A stretch of DNA of 64,000 nt, from positions 52,870 to 116,869 of the forward strand of contig CASDWE010000003.1 of the NCBI GenBank assembly GCA_949284685.1, in the 5' to 3' direction. Made by a program: the position numbers and the translations under genes. The stretch is from an uncultured bacterium (GTDB taxonomy: Bacteria > Bacillota_I > Bacilli_A > RFN20 > CAG-826). This document shows positions 58,099 through 64,000 of the stretch, piece by piece. Below the pieces are notes generated by a model. It saw nothing but the letters and a program-made list of their open reading frames with translations, searched no databases and was not told where the DNA came from. Each line of letters starts with the position of its first letter. Positions within the stretch are counted from its first letter, which is position 1.

Positions 58099-60696
58099 TT
58101 ATTGGAGTTGTTTTAATTGATTTTCTAAATTTTTTAAATTTTCTTCATGAGCTTTTAATTTTTCTTGTTCTAAAATTATTTTTTCTGGTTTTGCTTTGCT
58201 CATAAAGTTTGGATTATTAAGCATTTTATTGCAACGAATAATCTCGGCTTTTTCATTTTCAATGTTTTTCAAAATTAATTTTTTAATGTCATCCTTATTA
58301 GCGTTAACTTGAATTAAAATATCGCCATAATTGTGAATAAAAATTGCCCCATTTTGGTCAATCAAACTTTCTTCAACGCTTTCAATTTTGCTAGCAAAAG
58401 TAAATCTTTTTAAATAATTTATGAAATTATCAAAAGTATTTATTCGCATATTTATTTTGAGTTGACATTCAGCATTTGGTGCTAATTTATTATTAGTTTT
58501 ATAATTTCTAACATCTTTTATATAGTCTAAAAGTAATGATACAGAATTATCAAAATAAGAATTTACAAATTTCCTTTTCACTTTTGGATAATTTTCAAGC
58601 ATTATCGATTCAAGATGTTCTGGTAATGATAAATATATTTCTTCACTTATAAAAGGTGTATATGGATAAATTAGTAATATAATAGTTTTTAAACACTTAT
58701 ACAATACTTGATAAATAATATCTTTATACTTATCGTTGTTATTTTGTAATGATATTTTAGACATTTCTAAGTAGATCGAACAAAAGTCGTCATAGACAAA
58801 ATTATATAAATGTCCGCTAGCAGCATTAAAATCATATTTATCCATGTTTTTAGTAACATTTTTTATAGTGATTTGTAATTTATTTAAAATCCACGTTTCA
58901 AAGCCATCGAGTTTTGCTTTGTTAATGTCTTTTACCTTAAAATCGCTTGGTAATACATTTAAAATATAGCGTGCAGAATTCCAAATTTTATTTAAATAAT
59001 TATATGATGATTCAACTTTTTCTTTGCTATATCGCATATCTAGTCCTGGTGTTGAATTTGTTGTTAAAAAATAACGCAGTGCATCCGCACCAAATTCATT
59101 AACTACATCATTTGGATCAACACCATTTCCTAACGATTTTGACATTTTTCTGCCTAATTCATCTCTTACTAACCCATGGATAATGACATTTTTAAATGGT
59201 GGTTTTTTTAAATTATATAATGATTGAAACATCATTCTAGAAACCCAAAAGAAAATAATATCATAACCTGTTGATAAAACATCTGTTGGAAAATATCTTT
59301 TTAAGTCTTCGGTTTGATTTGGCCAACCTAAAGTGGAAAAGGGCCATAATCCAGAAGAAAACCACGTATCAAGGACATCTTCATCTTGGACATAATTTTC
59401 AATGTCTTTTGGAGGATTGACATCAACATATATGCTCCCATCATCTTTTTTATAATATGCTGGTATTTGGTGACCCCACCACAATTGACGAGATATACAC
59501 CAATCTTCAACATTTTCCATCCATCTTAACAATACTTTGTTAAAACGTCCTGGAACAAATTTAACTTTATTTTTGCTTTTTTGATTTTCCAAAATTAGTT
59601 TAGCTAATGGTTTCATTTTCACGAACCATTGTTTTGATAAAACTGGTTCAACAACTGCATTGCTTCTTTCTGAATGGCCAACACTATGAACAATTTCTTC
59701 AATTTTTACTAAATTTCCTGAATTTTTAATATCATTAACTAATTGTTCGCGGCAAACAAAACGATCTAAACCAGCGTATTTTCCACATAAATCATTCATA
59801 GTCGCATCATTATTCATGATTATTGGTCGTGCTAAATTATGTCGTTTTGAAATTTCAAAATCGTTTGGATCATGTGCTGGCGTACATTTCATGACACCAG
59901 TTCCAAAACTAATATCGACATATTCATCCCCTATCACAGGTATTTTTTCATCGTTTGCAGGATTTATTACGTATTTTCCAATGTAAGATTTATAACGTTC
60001 ATCGTTTGGATTGACACAAACGCAAACATCACCAAACATCGTTTCTGGTCGAGTCGTGGCGACTAATAGATAATCACTATTGTCTAGCAAACGATATTTA
60101 AAATAATAAAATTTTCCTTTGTCATCATGATGAATAACTTCAATATTTGATAAAGCTGTTTTTTGTATTGGATCCCAATTAATTATTTTTTCACCTCTAT
60201 AAATAAGGCCATCATTATATAAATCAACAAAAACTTTTTTTACTGCTTTATTTAATCCTTCATCCAAGGTGAATCTTTCTCTTGTATAATCGAGCATCAA
60301 TCCAAGACTAGCCCATTGCTGATGAATGTTTTTTGAATATTCATCTTTCCATTTCCAAGCGATGTCTAAAAATTGTTGTCGGCTTAATTTGGATGTATCA
60401 ACACCATCGTCTTTTAATTTGTTCATAATTTTGGCTTGTGTTGCGATTCCTGCATGATCGCAGCCAGGTAACCATAATACATCGTAGCCTTTTGCTTTTT
60501 TATATCTAGCAATAATATCTTGAATTGTCGTATCCCATGCATGTCCTAAATGTAGTTTGCCAGTTACATTTGGAGGAGGTATAACCATAGAAAAAGCCGG
60601 TTTATTTTTCTTATTAGCAATAAAATAACCTTTTTCTAACCATTTTTGATAACGATTTTGTTCTACAGTTTTATGATCGTAACGACTAGATAACAT
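58099..60696 (-). CDS. valS: Valine--tRNA ligase
   Basis: PPPNVTGKLHLGH, KMSKS, DWCISRQLWWGH; real start MLSSRY at 60696 after RBS AGGAGG. Confidence 0.98.
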   Translation of the reverse strand: MLSSRYDHKTVEQNRYQKWLEKGYFIANKKNKPAFSMVIPPPNVTGKLHLGHAWDTTIQDIIARYKKAKGYDVLWLPGCDHAGIATQAKIMNKLKDDGVDTSKLSRQQFLDIAWKWKDEYSKNIHQQWASLGLMLDYTRERFTLDEGLNKAVKKVFVDLYNDGLIYRGEKIINWDPIQKTALSNIEVIHHDDKGKFYYFKYRLLDNSDYLLVATTRPETMFGDVCVCVNPNDERYKSYIGKYVINPANDEKIPVIGDEYVDISFGTGVMKCTPAHDPNDFEISKRHNLARPIIMNNDATMNDLCGKYAGLDRFVCREQLVNDIKNSGNLVKIEEIVHSVGHSERSNAVVEPVLSKQWFVKMKPLAKLILENQKSKNKVKFVPGRFNKVLLRWMENVEDWCISRQLWWGHQIPAYYKKDDGSIYVDVNPPKDIENYVQDEDVLDTWFSSGLWPFSTLGWPNQTEDLKRYFPTDVLSTGYDIIFFWVSRMMFQSLYNLKKPPFKNVIIHGLVRDELGRKMSKSLGNGVDPNDVVNEFGADALRYFLTTNSTPGLDMRYSKEKVESSYNYLNKIWNSARYILNVLPSDFKVKDINKAKLDGFETWILNKLQITIKNVTKNMDKYDFNAASGHLYNFVYDDFCSIYLEMSKISLQNNNDKYKDIIYQVLYKCLKTIILLIYPYTPFISEEIYLSLPEHLESIMLENYPKVKRKFVNSYFDNSVSLLLDYIKDVRNYKTNNKLAPNAECQLKINMRINTFDNFINYLKRFTFASKIESVEESLIDQNGAIFIHNYGDILIQVNANKDDIKKLILKNIENEKAEIIRCNKMLNNPNFMSKAKPEKIILEQEKLKAHEENLKNLENQLKQLQ

Positions 60697-60711
60697 ACTA
60701 ATTCCTCCTAA

Positions 60712-60920
60712 AAAATAAAAAAACGTCCTCCATAAGGACGCAATTATGCGCGGTACCACCTTAATTTATTAATTAATTAATACACTCGATTCGTTAACGC
60801 CGATATACGTAATTACTTAATCCTTACAAACTGACTTCAATAATCTTTTCTAGACCCCACTTCCACCTTAAGGGGCTCTCTATCTAGCAGTATTATTTAC
60901 TACTTTTTGTTCAACGGACA
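60712..60920 (-). ncRNA. T-box riboswitch (Val) upstream of valS
   Basis: T-box AAGGTGGTACCGCG (60749-60762), terminator CGTCCT..AGGACG-T run, AGAGA/GGTGGAA stem I elements, likely specifier GUC at 60833-60835. Confidence 0.92.
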
Positions 60921-60961
60921 ATTAAATTATACTTAAAAATCAAATTCTTACAATAAATAAT

Positions 60962-61543
60962 TTATAGATGAACTTCGATTATTTGTTTAAGCGTATCAAG
61001 ATTTTTATTAGAGTATGTTGAAGTAAATATTAAATCGTCTTCAACGATATCAAAATTATTTTTAATTTCTTTTAAAATCGCATGTTTTTCTTTTTGATTT
61101 ATTTTATCGGCTTTTGTTAAAACGACTATAAAAGGAATATTTTCACTTTTTAAAAAAGAGTATATATCTAAATCATCTTGATTAATTTTTCGGCGTGAGT
61201 CTAATAAAAATACCACAAATGAAAGAAATTTATTGTCGGTAAAATAATTTTCCATTAATTTAGCAAAAAAATTAATCTCATCTTTGTTAGAAAATGAAAA
61301 ACCGTATCCTGGTGCGTCTACCAAATAAAATTTTTTATCGACATTATAATAATTCAAAAGTTTAGTATGGCCAGGTTTAGATGAGACAAACGCTAAATTT
61401 TTATTATTGCAAAGGCAATTTAAAAGGCTGGATTTTCCTACATTACTTCGTCCCACAAATAATACTTCTTTAAGATTATCATTTGGTCTTGATAACTTAT
61501 CATTAGAAGATTTTATAAATTGGGTATTGCGAAAATTAATCAT
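60962..61543 (-). CDS. engB: GTP-binding protein EngB/YihA/YsxC
   Basis: GRSNVGKSSL, SSKPGHT, DAPGYG, TKAD. Confidence 0.96.
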   Translation of the reverse strand: MINFRNTQFIKSSNDKLSRPNDNLKEVLFVGRSNVGKSSLLNCLCNNKNLAFVSSKPGHTKLLNYYNVDKKFYLVDAPGYGFSFSNKDEINFFAKLMENYFTDNKFLSFVVFLLDSRRKINQDDLDIYSFLKSENIPFIVVLTKADKINQKEKHAILKEIKNNFDIVEDDLIFTSTYSNKNLDTLKQIIEVHL

Positions 61544-61559
61544 ATCCAGCCTTTATGTT

Positions 61560-63872
61560 TTATTCTTTTATCAAAGCAACTTTTAAAGCATCGTCAACAT
61601 TTTTCATAAATACAATGTTTAATGAGTTTTTAACTTCTTCTGGAAGTTCTTCAACGGTTTTTTTATTTTCTATTGGAACGATTATTGTTTTAATTCCCGC
61701 TCTTAATGCAGCTAAAGATTTTTCTCGAAGACCTCCAATAGGTAAAGCGTGACCACGTAAAGTTACTTCGCCAGTCATTGCAATATTTGGATCGATTGGT
61801 GTCTTGCTTAAGCAAGAAATTATAGCTGTTGTAATCGCAATGCCTGCACTAGGTCCATCTTTTGGGACAGCACCTTCTGGAACATGAATATGAACATCGT
61901 TATCGATAAAGATTTTTTCATCAATGCCATATTTTTTAGCGTTAGCACGAACATAATCTAAAGCAATTGTCGCACTTTCTTTCATTACATCGCCTAAATG
62001 ACCAGTTAAAACCAAGCCACCTTTTCCTTTAAAGTAAGTTACTTCAATTGGTAAAATATCGCCACCATATTCCGTGTAAGCTAAACCAGTAACAACACCT
62101 ATTTGTTTGATGCTTTCTTTTTTGGTTGAATCAAATATTTCAGTTCCTAAATATTCTTTAACCTTACTTATATTTATCGTTATAGATTTTGATTTAGGAT
62201 TTTCAACAAAATGAAGTGCGGTTTTTCTTAAACAAGAAGCAATTTGTCTTTCTAATTCGCGGACTCCTGCTTCGCGAGTGTAATGTTCAATAACATATGC
62301 GATTGCATCATCGTTAAATTTAACATCGTGTTTTAATAAACCGTTAGCGTCAAGTTGTTTTTTTATCAAATGTTGTTTTGCAATTTGAATTTTTTCAAGA
62401 GAAGTATAAGAATTTACTTCAATAAGTTCTAATCTATCTCTTAATGGTGCTGGAACATTTTCTAAATAGTTTGCAGTACAAACAAATAAAACATCACTTA
62501 AATCGTATGGTTCTTCAATAAAATTATCATTGAAGGCAAAATTTTGTTCTGGATCTAAAACTTCTAATAAAGCACTTGAAGGATCACCTTTATAAGATGA
62601 ACCTAATTTATCAACTTCATCCAATAAAAATACTGGATTGGTAACACCGGCTTTTTTCATACCAGCAATAATACGGCCAGGCATAGAACCGACATATGTT
62701 CTTCTATGACCACGAATTTCAGCTTCGTCACTAATTCCACCTAAACTAGCCTTGACAAATTTTCTTCCTAACGCTCTTGCTATACTTCTGCCTAAGGAAG
62801 TTTTTCCACATCCTGGCGGGCCATAAAAACAAAGAATAGGCGATTTTAGATTGCCAGTTAATTGCTTGACCGCTAAATACTCGACGATTCTTTTTTTAAC
62901 TTTTGCTAAACCATAGTGATCTTCATCTAATATCTTTTTGACATTACTGATATCATCATTATCAATAGTTTTTTGCCACCAAGGCAAATTTAATAATGTG
63001 TCAATATAATTTTGAATAAGTGAAGTCTCAAGAGAACCAGGTGGCATCATTTCGGCTTTTTGAAGTTCGCTTAAAATCTTGCTTTTAATATTTTCTGGAT
63101 ATTGCCCTTGTTCCAAACGTTTTTTTATAGAATCGGAGCGATCTTCATTTTCATTTCCATTAATTTCTTTTTTAATTGCTTTTAATCTTTCACGTAAAAA
63201 ATATTCTTTTTGGGCCTGTTCACTAGAACTTCTAATCTCACTATTTATTTCTTTTTCAATATCTAGATTAATTTGTTGAAGATCTAATGCTTTGCTAGCT
63301 AAATCGAATAAATCACCAACTTTATCAATTGTCAACGCTTTAAATTTTTCTTCAAATGGAATATTAGAAAATTGAATAATAGTATACGCTAAAAGATAAA
63401 AATCAGTTTCGATATTAATATTTGCTCCTTCGTGTCTTTTATACACCTCAAGCAAATTTAAATTTTCGCATTTATCTAATAAGCGATTTAAATAACCATA
63501 CAATGTTGCTTGATCATTGGTTTCGTTTTCTAAAATTTCGCCTGTGGCAAAAAAACAATCATCTTTAAAATAAATGTTTGTAAAACGAACACGTGAATTT
63601 GAAATAATACGTAAAGTAAAATTTCTTCTATCCTGATTTAATGAAATTATACGACAAAGACTACCATATTCATATACATCATCGTTGGTAATATCATCAA
63701 CATCGGCATTTTTTTGAGCAGTTGCAAAAATCAAAGAATCATAAGAATCTTTGCTAGCGTAAACTGCTTTTGATGAAATTTTGCGGCCCACTCCAATTGA
63801 TTGAGTAATGCTTGGCAAAATTATTGTTTCTTTTGTTATAAGCAATGGAAGTTCCAAAGTTTTGTTCTTCAT
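61560..63872 (-). CDS. lon: Lon protease
   Basis: GPPGCGKTS, RGHRRTYVG, PKDGPSAG, IGGLREK. Confidence 0.98.
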   Translation of the reverse strand: MKNKTLELPLLITKETIILPSITQSIGVGRKISSKAVYASKDSYDSLIFATAQKNADVDDITNDDVYEYGSLCRIISLNQDRRNFTLRIISNSRVRFTNIYFKDDCFFATGEILENETNDQATLYGYLNRLLDKCENLNLLEVYKRHEGANINIETDFYLLAYTIIQFSNIPFEEKFKALTIDKVGDLFDLASKALDLQQINLDIEKEINSEIRSSSEQAQKEYFLRERLKAIKKEINGNENEDRSDSIKKRLEQGQYPENIKSKILSELQKAEMMPPGSLETSLIQNYIDTLLNLPWWQKTIDNDDISNVKKILDEDHYGLAKVKKRIVEYLAVKQLTGNLKSPILCFYGPPGCGKTSLGRSIARALGRKFVKASLGGISDEAEIRGHRRTYVGSMPGRIIAGMKKAGVTNPVFLLDEVDKLGSSYKGDPSSALLEVLDPEQNFAFNDNFIEEPYDLSDVLFVCTANYLENVPAPLRDRLELIEVNSYTSLEKIQIAKQHLIKKQLDANGLLKHDVKFNDDAIAYVIEHYTREAGVRELERQIASCLRKTALHFVENPKSKSITINISKVKEYLGTEIFDSTKKESIKQIGVVTGLAYTEYGGDILPIEVTYFKGKGGLVLTGHLGDVMKESATIALDYVRANAKKYGIDEKIFIDNDVHIHVPEGAVPKDGPSAGIAITTAIISCLSKTPIDPNIAMTGEVTLRGHALPIGGLREKSLAALRAGIKTIIVPIENKKTVEELPEEVKNSLNIVFMKNVDDALKVALIKE

Positions 63873-63900
63873 CTATACTAACCTCCTTCAAACGGATAGA

Positions 63901-64000
63901 TTAGTTATTGTTGTTATAAAGATAATCTTCCGCTTGTCCTAATAAAATTTGTGTTTTTAATTGTTCTTCTTGCGATTCTAATGCTTTTTTGACATCTTCA
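63901..64000 (-). CDS. 3' end of a CDS, probably trigger factor (5' outside window)
   Basis: Reads EDVKKALESQEEQLKTQILLGQAEDYLYNNNN*; tig-lon-engB synteny. Confidence 0.55.
   Translation of the reverse strand, partial: EDVKKALESQEEQLKTQILLGQAEDYLYNNNN

Noticed and set aside
60697-60759. 21-aa N-terminal extension of ValS in the ORF track
   Set aside because: Overlaps the T-box antiterminator/terminator; the real start is 60696 after AGGAGG
570-63279. Many 60-116 aa ORFs nested in or antisense to housekeeping genes
   Set aside because: Shadow ORFs with no RBS or recognisable motifs, fully overlapping well-supported genes

Overview
Very AT-rich chromosomal segment from a genome-reduced Bacilli/Firmicutes bacterium. 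It uses the standard genetic code (TGA is a stop), and the gene set resembles Erysipelotrichales/RF39/RFN20-type gut lineages; this taxonomy is an inference. The window is almost entirely housekeeping genes: dnaK-dnaJ, ybeY-cdd-era-recO, glyS-dnaG-rpoD, MEP genes, parE-parC, yqeGH-yhbY-nadD, deoB, xerD-dinB, dxs-xseBA-nusB, tkt, aspS-hisS-relA-recJ-secDF-ruvBA-obg-rpmA-prp-rplU, radC, valS, engB-lon-tig. It spans the replication terminus: gene orientation flips from mostly + to all - at a clear dif site (30405-30432). No prophage, IS, CRISPR, rRNA or tRNA was seen. Four things are not explained by the standard annotation. (1) A bipartite motif TTAG-N19-CTATWRGTAATTA plus an RBS-sequestering hairpin is shared by three dispersed genes: an ATPase-less C39 peptidase membrane protein, a double-glycine-like leader peptide coupled to radC, and an orphan PemK/MazF-like gene. 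This suggests a hidden co-regulated peptide-processing or competence-like regulon. (2) Six extra copies of the dif XerD arm cluster around dif, one in the dinB-xerD promoter region. (3) Four intergenic arrays of three ACTAA units at exact 11-bp spacing flank the terminus. (4) A Phd/YefM antitoxin-like domain is fused to glutamine-dependent NAD synthetase. All motif scans were done by eye and may have missed copies.
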